A DNA stretch of 63,013 nt, counting the filler, from Chiloscyllium plagiosum (lineage: Eukaryota), in assembly GCF_004010195.1 (NCBI RefSeq). It is 4 parts of one record of this genome, joined end to end, with 100 filler letters (N's around TTAATTAATTAA, not from the genome) between each part and the next. Parts side by side here need not be neighbours in the genome. Positions count along the whole stretch, not along the records: positions 1 to 14,483 come from NC_057710.1; 3 more parts are not named here. One strand, 5' to 3'. This document shows, piece after piece, positions 1 to 13,664 of this stretch. Each line of letters starts with the position of its first letter. The first letter of the stretch is position 1. Under the pieces are notes generated by a model. It was not told the origin of the DNA. It saw nothing but the letters and a program-made list of their open reading frames with translations, and made no database searches. Position numbers and translations under genes: made by a program.

Positions 1-226
1 TCCCGACCTCTCCGCCCCCACCCCCGTCTGACCTATCACCCTCACCTTGACCTCTTTCCACCTATCACATTTCCGACGCCCCTCCCCCAAGTCCCTCCTC
101 CCTATCTTTTATCTTAGCCTGCTGGACCAACTTTCCTCATTCCTGAAGAAGGGCTAATGCCCGAAACGTCGATTCTCCTGTTCCCTGGATGCTGCCTGAC
201 CTGCTGCGCTTTTCCAGCAACACATT
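1..226 (+). mobile_element. Penelope-like element 3' tail/pLTR with a minimal hammerhead motif
   Basis: Pyrimidine-rich tract, then CTGAAGA-A-GGGC TAAT GCCC-GAAACGTC (143-170) and the terminal 'gatgctgcctgacctgctg...ttccagc' motif. The same tail follows a GIY-YIG fragment at 25606-26055 and occurs reversed at 59725-59878. Confidence 0.7.
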
Positions 227-1234
227 TCCATCCTTTATCCTGAGCTTAGTTGTTCAGTCTATTCTTCTTGAACCTTAATGTTTCTTTTCAAAGCAAAGGG
301 CTGAATTTTTAGCTCAACTAAAGTGAAGTGGTTTGTTCTTCTTTCGTATTCATTTCTATAAGTTTTTTTTGAATAGTACACTGTTTCTATTGTGTCTCTG
401 ATGTTTGACTGATTCTATGGAATATGACTGGTGCAAAGTGCTGATACACCTACACAAGCTGGTCCAGCAGTGCCTATAATGTTAAATATCTGCAAAATTC
501 AGGCATACTGATAGTTGTTGCTTCCAGCACCTTTGATCCTGCACATGGAATTGGTGAACCATCATACACTGATGTTTTACATTTATGGATTTCATCTTGG
601 CTTCCTATGTCTGAGAGTATATATTTTTTAAGATTGACAGACGTAGTATATTGGCACTTGACCTGTGTCACTCTTAGCCAAGAATAAATAGTTAGCAGCT
701 TTCTGAGGACAGATCATTTGAATTTTTGCAAACACTTTGAGCATTTTGATGTCATTGATTGTTCCCATGAGATTTGAGAGTGTGACTGTATATGTTTGTC
801 ATTCATTTTCATATCATGTGCATCATTAGATTTTGGTCTGTCAAGCACATCATGCGCATATCTCTGGTAGAATACTAAATGGTCTGGAGCTTGATGATAC
901 TCCTTATGCATATTCTGTTTGGGTCAGTACATGGCTCTTTGCAGCTCTTTGTTGTAATGCACTTTGTTCCCATGTTGTGCCACATGCCAAATTGCTTGAA
1001 AACTGTTATGTCCTTGGTGTATATGGAAGACTTGTGATGTGTGGGTGTTGTAGTAATTGTGCTAACGCTGAGTTTGCACTTAGGGTCTGTAAACATTGTC
1101 AACATACAAGGATCACCTCCTGCATATGTCCATCTTCCATACCTCTTTGACTCTTATAAACCTTCATCTGTCAAGTATATCTTTCTAGAAAGGTACATCG
1201 ATGACAGATGGCTGCCCCAATTTTGCAGATGTAG

Positions 1235-1840
1235 GAAATAACAATAGATGGAAATTTTGCTTGGGTTATGTAGCTAATGTAACTATACTATTTAAAAAGG
1301 GAGGGAGAGAGAAAACTGGGAATTAGAGAGTAGTCAGCCTGATGTCAGTTGTGGATAAAATACTAGAGTCCATTCTAAAACATATAAGAGCTGAGCACTT
1401 AGGAAACACTGGCAGGATTAGACAGAGTAGATTTACAAATCATGCTTGGCAAAATCTACTGGAATTCTTCAAAGATGTAACCTGTAGAGTTGATGACAGG
1501 AGGCAGTGGGTGTGGCTTACTTGGACTTTTAGAAGGCTATCTGCAAAGTCCCACATGAAGTTAGGGTGTGCAATTAAAGCATGTGGGATTGGGGATAATG
1601 CATTGAAATGGATAGATAACTGATTGGTGGACGGGAAACAAGCAGTAGAAATAAGCAGGTCTTCTTCCAAATGGCAAATAGTGACTAGTGGGGTACTGCA
1701 AGGATCAGTGCTGTTCACAATATATCTTAATGATCTAGATGAGAGAACTAAATGTAATAATTCCAAATTTGCAGATGACATGAACAGTTGAATGGTGAAT
1801 TGTGAGGAGGATGTAGAGATGTTTCAGTCTGATTTGGACA
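1235..1840 (+). mobile_element. Decayed CR1-type LINE reverse transcriptase fragment
   Basis: Frameshifted CR1 ORF2 motifs (NLLEFFKDVT, VTSGVLQGSVL, SKFADD). Confidence 0.85.
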
Positions 1841-2139
1841 ATCCCTTGAATTTACAAGGATTCCCCTTGTAAATTGTTTGTCTCATTGGAATGTATCTAT
1901 TCTGTGTATTCTGAAATGTCCCTTAAATGCTTGCTATTGCATTTATATTGACTTGTACACTTTAACTAGCTCTGCTTTTAAGCCCTCATGATTTCTCTGA
2001 AACTTAAATTTTAAACTTAAAGTTTAAAGTACTAGTCTTGAACCCACACCTCTTTCCTGCAGACTGAATGCAAAATTCAAACATATAATGATCGTTGGGA
2101 CTTAGGGGCACCTTAACAATAAAGTCATTCATTAACGTT

Positions 2140-5100
2140 GATTGTGAATCCTATCAGATTGAATTAATCGATTGGAGCGACAGTTAGAGGCAATGAGGAA
2201 TTTACAAGAGCAAAGGGGTGTGATGGATGGCAGTTACAGGAAGGGAGATAAGTCACAGATGCAGTCACATAGATAGGTTTACTCCAGGAAAGGTAAGAGA
2301 GGTAGGCAGGTAATGCAGGAGTCTTCTGTGGCTCCCCCCATTTCAAACAAGTATTTTGTTTTGAAAAATGTAGGGTGTGATGAAATCTCAGGGGAATGTA
2401 GCACAAACAGCCAAGTTTCTGGTATTAATACTGGCTCTAATGCAATGAGGGGGGTACGTTGGGTTCCAAGAGATTGTGTTAGAGGACTCTCTAGTCCGAG
2501 GCACAGACAGATGTTTTTGTGGCCAGCAGTGAAAAATCAGAATGGTGTTTTGCCTCCCTGGTGCCAGGGTCAAGGATGTCTCAGAGAGGCGATGTTCTCA
2601 AGGGGGAGAGAGCCCAGCATGAGGACATTGTGCACATTTAAACCAATGACATAGAAAGGGTAAAGGATGAGGTTCTGATTGGAGAATATAGAGAGTTAGG
2701 AAGAAATTTAAAAAGGAGGTCCTCGAGAGTAGTAATATCTGGATTACTCCCGGTGCTACGAGAGAGTGAGGGTAGGAATAGGGGGAATAGAGCAGATGAA
2801 TGTATGGCTGAAGAGCTGGTGTATGGGAGAACGATTCACATTTTTGGATCATTGGAATCTCTTCTCGGGTAGAAGTGACCTATATAAGAAGGATGGATTG
2901 TACCTGAATTCGAAGGGGCCTAATATACTGGCAGGGAGATTTGCTACTGCTGCTCAGGACGATTTAAATTAGTAAGGGGTGGGGGCGGCGGTAGGATCCA
3001 GGAGGATTGTGAGGAAAGCGATCAATCTGAGACTGGTACAGTTGAGAAAAAAAGCGAGTCAAACAAGTCAGGGGAGGACAAAGCAGAGACAAGGTAGGAC
3101 TGATAAATTAAACTGCATTTAATTCAATGCAAGAAGCCTAATAGGGAAGACAGATGAACTCAGGGCATGGTTAGGAACATGGGACTGGGGTATCATAGCA
3201 ATTACAGAAATGTGGCTCAGGGATGAACAGGACTGGCAGCTTAAAGTTCCAGGATACAAATGCCACAGGAAGGATAGAAAGGGAGGCAAGAGAGGAGGGG
3301 GAGTGGCCTTTTTGAAAAGGGATAGCGTTACAGATGTACTGAGTGAGGATATTCCTGGAAATCCATCCAGGGAAGTTATTTGGGTGGAACTGAGAAATAA
3401 GAAAGGGATGGTCACCTTATTGGGATTGTATTATAGACCCCCTAATAGTCAGAGGGAAATTAACAAACAAACTCGTAAGGAGATCTCAGTTATCTGTAAG
3501 AATAATAGTGGTTATAGTAGGGGATTTTAACTTTTCAAAAATAATCTGGGACTGCCATAGTGTTAAAGGTTTAGATGGAGAGGAATTTGTTAAGTATGTA
3601 CAAGACAATTTTCTGATTCAGTATGTGGATGTACCTACTAGAGAAGGTGCAAAACATGACCTACTCTTGGGAAATAAGACAGGGCAGGTGACTGAAGTGT
3701 CAGTGGGGGAGCACTTTGGGGCCAGCGACCATAATTCTATTAATTTTAAAATAGTGATGGAAAAGGATAGACCAGATCCAGAAGTTGAAGTTCTAAATTG
3801 GAGAAAGGCCAATTTTGACGGTATTAGGCAAGAACTTTCAAGAGCTGATTGGGAGCAGATGTTCGCAGGTAATGGGACAGCTGGAAATTTGAATGCCTTC
3901 AGAAATGAGATAATAAGAGTCCAGAAACAGTATATTCCTGTTAAGGTGAAAGGAAAGGCCGGTAGGTATAGGGAATGCTGGATGACTAGAGAAATTGAGG
4001 TTTTGGTTAAGAAAAAGGAGGAAGCATATGTCAGGTATAGACAGGATAGATCGAGTGAATCCTTAGAAGGGTATAAAGGCAATAGGAGAATACTTAAGAG
4101 AGAAATCAGGAGAGCAAATAGAGGACATGAGATAGCTTTGGTAAATAGAATTAAGGAGAATCCAAAGGGTTTTTACAAATACGTTAAGGACAAAAGGGTA
4201 ACTAGGCAGAGAATAGGGCCCTTCAAAGATCAATAAGGTGGCCATTGTATGGAGCCACAGAAGATGGGGGAGATACTAAATGAGTATTTTGCATCAGTAT
4301 TTACTGTGGAAAAGGATATGGAGGATGGAGAATGTGGGGAAATAGATGGTGACATCTTGAAAAATGTCCATACTTTAGAGGAGTAAGTGCTGGACATCTT
4401 GAAAAGCGTAAAAAGTGGATAAGTCTCCAGGACCCGAACAGGTGTACCCGAGAACTCTGTAGGAAGCTAGGGAAGTGACTGCTGGGCCTTGTGCTCAGAT
4501 ATTTGTATCAACGATAGTCACAGGTGAGGTGCCGGAAGACTGGAGGTTGTCTAACGTGGTGCCACTGTTTAAGAAGGGCGGTAAAGACAAGCCAGGGACC
4601 TATAGACCTGTGAGCCAGATGTTAGTGGTGGGCAAGTTGTTGGAGGGAATCCTGAGGGACAGGATGTACATGTATTTGGAAAGGCAAGGACTGGTTATGG
4701 ACAGTCAATGTGACTTTGTGCGTGGGAAATCATGTCTCACAAACATGATTGAGATTTTTTGAAAAAGTAACAAAGAGGATTGGTGAGGGCAGAGCAGTAG
4801 ATGTGATTGATCTATGTGGACTTCAGTAAAGCATTCGACAAGGTTCCCCATGGGAGACTGGTTAGCAAGGTTAGATCTCATGAAATACAGGAAGAACATG
4901 CCATTTGAATACAAAACTGGCTCAAAGGTAGAAGACAGAGGGTGGTGGTGGAGTGTTGTTTTTCAGACTGGAGACCTGTGACCAGTGGAGTGCCACCAGG
5001 ATCAATGATGGGTCCACTACTTTTCGTCATTTATCTAAATGATTTGGATATGAGCATAAGGGGTATAGTTAGTAAGTTTGCAGATGACAGCAAAATTGGA

Positions 5101-6310
5101 AGTGTAGTGGACAGCAAAAAAGGTTACCTCAGATTACAACAGGATCTTGATCAGATGGGCCAATGGGTTGAGGAGTGGCAGATGGAGTTTAATTCAGGTA
5201 AATACAAGGTGCCGCATTTTGGGAAGGACCTATACACGTAATGTTAAAGTCCTAGGGAGTGTTGCTGAAGAAAGAGACCTTGGAGCGCAGGTTCATCGTT
5301 CCTTGAAAGTGGAGTCACAGATAGATAGGATAGTGAAGAAGTTGTTTGTTATTTCTTTCCTTTATTGGTCAGAGTATTGAGTACAGGAGTTGGGAGGTTA
5401 TGTTGCGGCTGTACAGAACATTGGTCCCAACTTGCCCATGCAGACCAGATAGCTCAACCTAATCTAGTCGCACCTGCCAGCACCTGGCCCAAATCCCTCC
5501 AAACCCTTCCTATTCATAAACCCATCCAGATGCCTTTAAATGTTGCAATTGTACCAGCCTCTACCGCTTTCTCTGGCAGCTCATTCCATACACGCACCAG
5601 CCTCTGTGTGAAAATGTTGTCTCTTAGGTCTCTTTTATATCTTTCCTCTGTCACCCTAAACCTATGCACTCTAGTTCTGGAGTCCCCCACCACAGGGAAA
5701 AGAACTTGTCTATTTATCCTATCCATGCCCCTCATGATTTTATAAACCTCTATAAGATCACCCCTCAGCCTCTGAGTGAGGCAGCAGTGCTAACCACTGG
5801 GCCACCGTGAAACTTGAAAGGGTTCAGGAAAGATTTACAAGGATGTTGCCAGGGTTGGAGGATTTGAGGTATAGGGAGAGTCTGAATAGGTTGGGGTTGT
5901 TTTCCCTGAGGCGTCAGAGGCTGAGGGGTGATCTTATAGAGGTTTACAAAATCATGAGGGGCATGGATAGGATAAATAGACAAGTTCTTTTCCCTGTGGT
6001 GGGGGACTCCAGAACTAGAGGACATAGGTTTAGGGTGAGAGAGGAAAGATATAAAAGAGACCTAAGGGACAACATTTTCACACAGAGGCTGGTGCGTGTA
6101 TGGAATGAGCTGCCAGAGAAAGCGGTAGAGGCTGGTACAATTGCAACATTTAAAGGCATCTGGATGGGTTTATGAATAGGAAGGGTTTGGAGGGATATGG
6201 GCCAGGTGCTGGCAGGTGCGACTAGATTAGGTTGAGCTATCTGGTCGGCATGGGCAAGTTGGGACCAAAGGGTCTGTTTCTGTGTTGTACATCTCTATGA
6301 CTCGATGACT
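2140..6310 (+). mobile_element. Long CR1/HER1-type LINE (ORF1 SGNH-esterase part plus ORF2 endonuclease-RT), degenerate and rearranged
   Basis: ORF1 C-terminus FLDHWNLFSGRSDLYKKDGLYLN; endonuclease motifs GGGVA, YYRPP, GDFN, SDH; RT motifs YRPVS, VTSGVPPGS, FADD; C-terminal RRQRLRGDLIEVYKI; tail ctctatgactc. Several stops and frameshifts. Confidence 0.93.
5421..6268. repeat. 355-bp near-perfect inverted repeat (5421-5775 vs 5914-6268) inside the CR1 3' end
   Basis: 5421-5775 is the reverse complement of 5914-6268. The ORF track shows mirror peptides at 5514-5735(-) and 5807-6175(+) with only a few differences. Confidence 0.95.
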
Positions 6311-6689
6311 AATCCCATTTGGTTGCACCATACCAAGTCTAGCCTATTCATTCAAGGGGATGCGATAGCCATTGGTATCATCGCTGGATTGTTCATCCCA
6401 AGATCCCAATAATGTTCTAATAATCACTGGGCAGACTTGTTTGTCAATGATCATCATACTGGAAAACACAGGTTTTAGCTTTATTTTGAAATGTGGGCAT
6501 TTAGTAGAAATGTTGAAGATGCTCACTTTCACCTTGACAAAGTATAGAATTGCTATTTGCTGTCCTTAATGTTTGACTGCTCCCTCATTCTGTCTTCACA
6601 ATAATCAAGGTTTTCAAAAAAAAGCTCAGACAACATACTTCAAAGAGTTCCCATCAATTCTCATTTTATGCAATAACATTGCTAATTAT

Positions 6690-6990
6690 TTATGTATCAT
6701 TGCTGGACTGTTAATCCCAAGATCCCACTAATGATCTGGGGACCCAGGTTCAAATCCTGTCACAGCATGTGGTGGAATTTGAATTCAATAAAAATATGAA
6801 ATTATGGATCCATTGAGAATTTTTTTGGAAAAATCCATCTGGTGTCCTTTAGAGAAGAAACTGCTGTTCTTACCTGACTTACATGTGACTCCAGGCCCAC
6901 AGTAATGTGGCTGACTCTTAACCACGTTCCAGGATCGGCAATAAATGCTGGCCTAACCAGCGGTGTCCTCATCCAGTGAATGAAGAAAAG
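6690..6990 (+). mobile_element. Old tRNA-headed shark SINE (SacSINE1/DeuSINE-like)
   Basis: B-box-like GGTTCAAATCC and core 'catgtgactccag...cacagtaatgtgg(c/t)tgactcttaac', shared with copies at ~22850-23230, ~13570-13660 and, reversed, ~50780-51055. Confidence 0.6.
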
Positions 6991-8974
6991 AAAATCCTGC
7001 TCTCCATTTGTGCTGTCTAAGAAACTAGTCTGAATTGTCCTCTCGGCTATCTCTGCAAATATGATTTTTCCAATCGATAAATAGATTAGCATTTCCATGA
7101 CCTTCAGACAAACTCTCATTACTTCTTCCTTCACACTCCATCCCACTGTCTGATTACACTTAAGGGGCCTATACACCACTTCCACAAGTGACTTGTCAGA
7201 TACATTAAGGACATTTAAGAGACTCTTAAATGGGTACATGGAAGATAGTTCAATGAAGGATATGTAGGTTAGTCTGATCTTAGAGTAGGATAAAAGGCTG
7301 GCACAACATCGAGGGCCGAAGGGCCTGTACTGTGCTGTATTGTTCTATGTTCTATGACTTCTTGCTTTTATCATTTCTCATTTTCACACAAGCCACTTCT
7401 TACTTCCTGGCTTCCTTAACATGTGTCATCCCTCTCTATCGTACTAATACTAGCATCACTGAATAGAATCACCCCTCAACATTTTGCAAGCTTCCTGTCC
7501 TATATCTTTCAAAATTCATATCTTCACAAATACCATCCTGCAGCCATGTCTTTGCAGTGGTTTTCAGATTGTATTAATTTATTTGCACTATCAATTCAAC
7601 TGTTTTGTTCCAAACGCTCTGTGGAATCAGGTACAGAGCCTTTTGTTTTGTCATTTTATTATTTTTGTGACCTTTAGCCCGAGCAGTTGATTTAGTATTG
7701 GGTATGTATCCTTTCTGTCGTGGTCAGTTTATCATTTCTAATATTTATATCTTTCTCTCTTGCCTTGTATCCACCTTCTGTTTTACCTCATCTTCCCAAA
7801 TTTGATTTCTTGCCCCCCCCACCCGACCCCAGACTAGCTCTCTCTACTTCTGTAGTTATGCAGCTCACTAGAACACCAGCCCAAGTATAGTTCAGGTAAA
7901 GATTATTACAATGCTAAAGAGTATCTGCATATATATAAATCAAACTGAAATATTGTAGAGGAAACTCAGATGACTGACCATTAGGTTTAGGTATATCTTT
8001 CTCAATAAATAAGATGTAAGTCAATCATGATATCATTCCTTAGTTATTATAGTTAAGATGAATTAAATGCTCACTTTTATAAGAAGATGGTTGTCCCTTT
8101 TATCAGTATATTGCAAAAAATCTTTGACTTAGAAAATAAATTGTGAAATTGTTTTGGTGCAAATGACCAGTTATGTAGAAGATATTGCTAACATCACAAT
8201 CAGATAAATCATTCCATCAAACAAACGTCCCTGCCACTTACTTATAATTCCTGCAGTTCATGAGCTTTTTAATCTCATATTTTCTGGTTCACAGAATACC
8301 CAATGGGATCTGATTTAAAGATTTAGAGAAAACCAAGAAAATCTGTTAGGATTTGGGATGAATTCTGGGAATTTGAGGTTTTCCCATCCATAAGCTGTTA
8401 AACACTCTCAGACTTTTTCTTTTGTCTAAATAGCATGGACTTGTAAGAGAAACTGAGAGCTGTGTGTGAGAGAGAGAGAGAGAAAGAGATGGAGAGAGAA
8501 ATCCCTAGGATTTTTTGCCACGGCTCTCAGTTTCTCTCACAAGTTCGTGCTTACAGAGAGAAAAGCAGGAATCTTTATACTTAAATCTTATCAATATTTA
8601 TCAATAACTATCACTAGAGGTTCACCATCCATCAGACCAGTTCGTTGAATTATGATCTGTGTTATTACTTCTGATGTTCATCATATTGACTTCCTAAACC
8701 TTATGTCACTTAGGTCATCCATTACCTAGTCCTTGTTGGGGGCTCAGATGATTTTGTGGAATGTCCTTATTTAGGCTTAGTTAATATTCCAGAAGTTATG
8801 TGGAGCCAACCAAATAAGCTCTGACGAGGTTTACCAAGGTTAAAGAATTTATGTGGACTTAGCCTGCGTCATGTCCTGCTGAGATTAGTAATGCTTTGAC
8901 CTTTGCTGTAGTCTTAACTTGTATTTTGTTACAACCAGAGTTTTCCCATCATGTAATTTTGTGTTTCACACAAT

Positions 8975-9353
8975 TCCAGGTTGGGGCATTTTTGCTTGGA
9001 GGCTAAGTGGTGACCTTAAAGAGGTTTATAGAGTCATGAGGCACATGGATAGGGTGAATAGCCAAGGTCTTTTTCCTAGAGTGGCAGAGTATGAAACTCG
9101 AGGGCATAGTTTTAAGGTGAGAGGGGAAAGATTTAAAAGGATCTGAGGTGAAACTTTTTCATGCAGAGGCTGGAAGAACTGTCAGAGGAAGTGATGTGCG
9201 TAGCAACATTTAAAAGGCAACTGGACAGGTATACGAATAGGAAGGGTTTAGTGGGATATGGGCCAAATGCTGGCAAACAGGAGTGGATCAAATTAGGATG
9301 GCCAAGTTAGATTGAAGGATCTTTTTTCTGTGCTGTATAACTCTATGACTCTA
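8975..9353 (+). mobile_element. CR1 LINE 3' end
   Basis: RLSGDLKEVYRVM...TRGHSFKVRGERFK and ctctatgactct tail. Confidence 0.88.
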
Positions 9354-10874
9354 AGGGAGGAAGAAGAACTGGATGCAGACATTGAGATGGATGGATGAAG
9401 TGACAAGAAAGGACAAGATCATGAACCAACAAATCAAAAGGTCATTGAGAATTGTGGCAGCATTGAAGAAAGTCGCTGGGAAAGATTGAAATAATATGGT
9501 TATCTGCTGTGTAGAGAGAGAGGAAATTTGAGGTGAATGGTGGAGATTGCCAGGAAGGTAGAGAAGAGAGGATTAAGAACAGAAAGAAAAAGGTCACAGT
9601 GAAAGACTTAAATGCAGAAGAATTGGATGAGGAATAGATGACTGTTAGGAGGAGATGGAAAAGGATGATCATCCAGCATCCCATTTCCCCCCCACCCCCC
9701 CCAAACTCCAAGTAAAATGGGAAAAACCGAAAGAAGGTTAATTTTCTGGGTGAGATCAAAAATAACCAGATCTCTTAAATTTTGTTAAGAGATCCTTTGA
9801 CAGTGGATTTGATGGCATGGAGATGTCAATGTATTATTGACTGAAGTGTCAATTAAATGTTATTTTTATTACATGCATCTTAAAACTCACTGATGGAGCA
9901 GCGAATGGCTAGTTCATACTGACCAAGCAAGTTAAATTCTGAGTCTCTGCTGAGTTCATTCCTCTCAGAGAGTCCTAAATTGGTCTGAACATAGGGAGAG
10001 AGAAATCGGTTAGCACAATGTTTCTGATATGAATATTCACCAGCCTCTTCTGGAATACATGGGTATTGGACTGCATTCAGCTGTAATTATCCAGTGATGA
10101 GCTATGGTGTTGGGTTTCCTTCTCAAGCTCCAATATGATTAATGCCTCAATGGGAAATGTTCCAGGAGGAAGTTGGTACTTACAGAACTGTATCTTATTT
10201 GGAAAGAAGAACAGGGAAGAAAATAAAGAAGGAAAGTAGAAACACATTAATATTTAACAGCCTATCTGTGGAGAACAATGCCTCATGAATGTGGGAGTAT
10301 AGAATCACCGGTGAATAAGCAGCTTGCAAACCTCAGAAATCTGTCAAAACTACAAAGACTTCTCTGTGCCAGATTTCTGATGCTAACCTTGGGAGCCGTA
10401 ATCACAGGATGTTTGGACCCACCTAATGAAGGGAATATAAGGATATGTTTTCGAATATAAAATATGGTTATCTGGGTTTTACAGTAATTTAACTGGAGGT
10501 CACTGAGCCAAAGACTACTACAGCACAGAAAGAGATGCTTCAGGCCATTGTATCTATATCCATCATTGTCTACTTTCATCCCAGCACTTGGAATGTAGCC
10601 TTGAATATTAAAGTAATTCAAGAGTTCATCTAAATAATTGTTAAATGTTGGAATAGATCCCACCATGACTACCTTTCATGCAATGAGTTTCAGATATTCA
10701 CTATCCTCCAGGTGAAAAGAATTCTCATTAAATCCTCAAAACTTCCTGTCCCTTACCTTAAATCCATGCTCGCTGGTGCTGACCCTTCTACGAGGAGAAA
10801 ATGTCTTAGAAATAAATAGGAACCTATCTATGCTCTTCATAATCTTATATACCTCAATCAATTTCTCCTCTCAG

Positions 10875-10998
10875 CTAAATTTCCCATAGTGTTAGATGTA
10901 GGGGAATGGATCTGGGTGGGTTGCTCTTCGGAGGGTCGGTGTCGACTTGTTGGGCTAAAGGGCCTGTTCCACACTGTAGGGAGTCTAACCTAATCTAG
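10875..10998 (+). mobile_element. HE1 SINE 3' half
   Basis: Matches the 3' half of the complete HE1 copies (gggtgggttg...gggcctgtt...acactgta...ctaatcta). Confidence 0.8.
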
Positions 10999-11039
10999 TT
11001 TACCTTCATAGCTGAAATGCTCCAGCTCAGGTTCCTGTC

Positions 11040-11460
11040 CTGACAGATGAATCAGCAAATGGCTATCACATACTTTGATGAGTTGAAATGGGCACACACT
11101 GTATGCACTTGCTCCTTCTGCCTGAAAAGAACCAGACATGTATTAATATATGTAATTTCTAGTAGACACAAGTGCACCACACTGCAAGCCCAAATGACAT
11201 TCCTAAATTGGCTGTCAAATAATGTGTGCATTTTTCCTTCACACTCAGGATTATCCAGCAAATGTTGCCAAATTGCAGAATCATATTCAATGATGGACAC
11301 TGCGTTGTGAATCTTTCAAGCATAGGCTGGTTGGTATAATCAATACATTGTTTGTTGCAAACAATTGAAGGGATATGTTTCTTGTTACAATCTGCCAATC
11401 TTTGGATCTGCATATCTGGCATCACATGAGTACTGAAATTCATATACCATATTACACATT
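11040..11460 (-). mobile_element. Decayed Penelope-like GIY-YIG endonuclease fragment
   Basis: DSAIWQHLLDNPEC...HLCLLEITYI...LFRQKE resembles the Penelope endonuclease C-terminus. Confidence 0.65.
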
Positions 11461-12120
11461 TGTGTGGTCAGCTAAACATTTTTTTGACTTTGGGGCAACA
11501 TTCTGTTTATGGTGAACACCACTTATGTTGCTCCTGCATTCTAACAGTGTGAACTATCTGTTCACAAAATACTTCAAACATGTGTATGCAAATTGTAGCT
11601 ATGTGAATAATGTCACCTCCCATTTGCAATACATAAACAATGAACATTTTAGGGTTGAAATGCTGGTCAAAGGCATTTTGCACCATGCCACTGGTGCTTG
11701 CAAATCTCTATGATTCTGAGGTTATCAGCAAAAGACTTAAAAAGAGGGATAACTAGACAAAAATTACCCACAACTTGTGAAACTTCTAAGAGTGTTGTGG
11801 GAGGCAGAGTCCCTCATTTCACTATCTGTCACGTATGTTTAACAATTAGTTATTAATGAGCAGATACAGCAGCTCTCTGCATAAAGAATTCCTCAGATTC
11901 ACGACCTTCTGATAGACAAAATTCCTCCTCATCTCTGTCTTAAATGTGAGACCCCTTATTGTGAGATTATGCCCCATAGCCCTAGAGTCTCCCACAACCT
12001 TTCCATATCTGCCCTGTCAAGTCCCATGAATCCCATGTCTCAATAAGGTCACCTCTCATTCTTCTATACTTCAATGAGGGGGTTGAGTTGTGTGGGTGAA
12101 CTTCAGCCTCAATTGGTTTT

Positions 12121-12840
12121 ACAAAGTTAAACATCACACAACACCAGGTATTAGTCCAACAGGTTTATTTGGAAGCACTAGCTTTCAGGCGCTGCCCCTT
12201 CATCAGGTGGTTGTGGAGAATAAGATTGTAAGACACAGAATTTATAGCAAAAGTTTAATGTGATGTAACTGAAATTACATTGAAAAAGCCCCCCCCCCAC
12301 AAAAAACACACACACAGACATATGCATATAAGTTTGCGCTGTGAATTTGTACTTGCAGAATTACACTTTACTTTGCTCAAAAACTGCATGAATCCATGCA
12401 AGATTCTGTAAACCTATTCTTTAGATTAGAATCAGTCTGAACATTGGGGCACAGACAGTCTCACACAGGGCACCTCACACCTTCAGTACATTATCTGGGC
12501 TGACATGACACCAGTTGTTAAAGTTCACTTGAGAATGTAACTTTTAAAAAAAGTTTTGCGATTTACATATTTAAGAACCAAAACCAACAAGGTCATTCTT
12601 CAAGATGAGAGACTTAACAAATAATATATAATTTCAATTTTCAATACATAATTTCACTGACATCACACTGTAAACATTTGCTATAAATTCTGTGTCTTAC
12701 GATCTCATACTCCACAACCACCTGATGGAGGAGCAGCGCTCTGAAAGCTAGTGCTTCCAAATAAACCTATTGGACTATAACCTAGTGTTGTGTGATTTCT
12801 AATTTTGTACACCCCAGTCCAGCACCAGCATCTCCAAATC
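12121..12840. mobile_element. Penelope-derived non-autonomous element with inverted pLTR arms
   Basis: ~12121-12287 is the reverse complement of ~12638-12809. Each arm has a hammerhead-like core, and there is an internal (CA)n. Same family as 54991-55870. Confidence 0.75.
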
Positions 12841-13664
12841 AATTGGTTTTGTTTGTGTTCCTTTTTGCTGGCTGTAAATGAAAGCCCATGTTTGTAGTTG
12901 TCCGATTGCCTCCTGTCAGTGATGTTCCCCAAATGATCAATAGCAAACTGCAAGTCAGCAATGGGCACTAGGGACAGAGGAGCGTAGACTTAGAGACAGT
13001 GTTTCAGAGGGAAGTTGCTAAGGAAATCTGTGTGGCCTGATAGTTAGACAGTGGCTGGGGTGTAAGGGAGTGTCAGCCTTGCTCTAATGGCAATGAACAG
13101 TGTGTCTTTGTGGCTGCTGTACCAGTACGTTCCTGGTGAGAGGCAACACTGGGCTACCAACACTTGTCTGGGTGCACAGTTACCTTTTAAAGCTGGCAGA
13201 GTGGCAGGGATGTCAGCCTTTGGTAGATATCCACTGAATAATGAGCTGTTCTACACACAGCATGTGGTAAGAAAGGGTAGGTCTCAATCTGGTGAGTTTG
13301 ACATATGGCTGTGAGATCTCACTGGGCCGCATGGTGAGCAATCCTTTAAACATCACAATGAAACTGATACAACCCAAAGAAAGTAAGATGCAGCCCGAGC
13401 TGTTCAGGACGATCATTGTCACTCAGGGTGGCTTTGATATGCCCTAGTTCAGCATCAGGCTTGGAAGATTAACCAATTTGTAGGAAGTACAATGAAGCCC
13501 AAACCTTTGAATCAATCTGGAATACAAGGTTGTTCTCAGCAACAATGTCTATTAAACTATCATTGATTGTCATAAAAAGCCATCTGATAATGTCCCTTTG
13601 GAAAGCAAATCTACCATCCTTACTTAGCATAGCCTAACGGTGACTCCAGATCAACCACGGTGTG

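Noticed and set aside
1140..1210. RYIDD motif suggesting a Penelope RT
   Set aside because: Too short and isolated to call with confidence.
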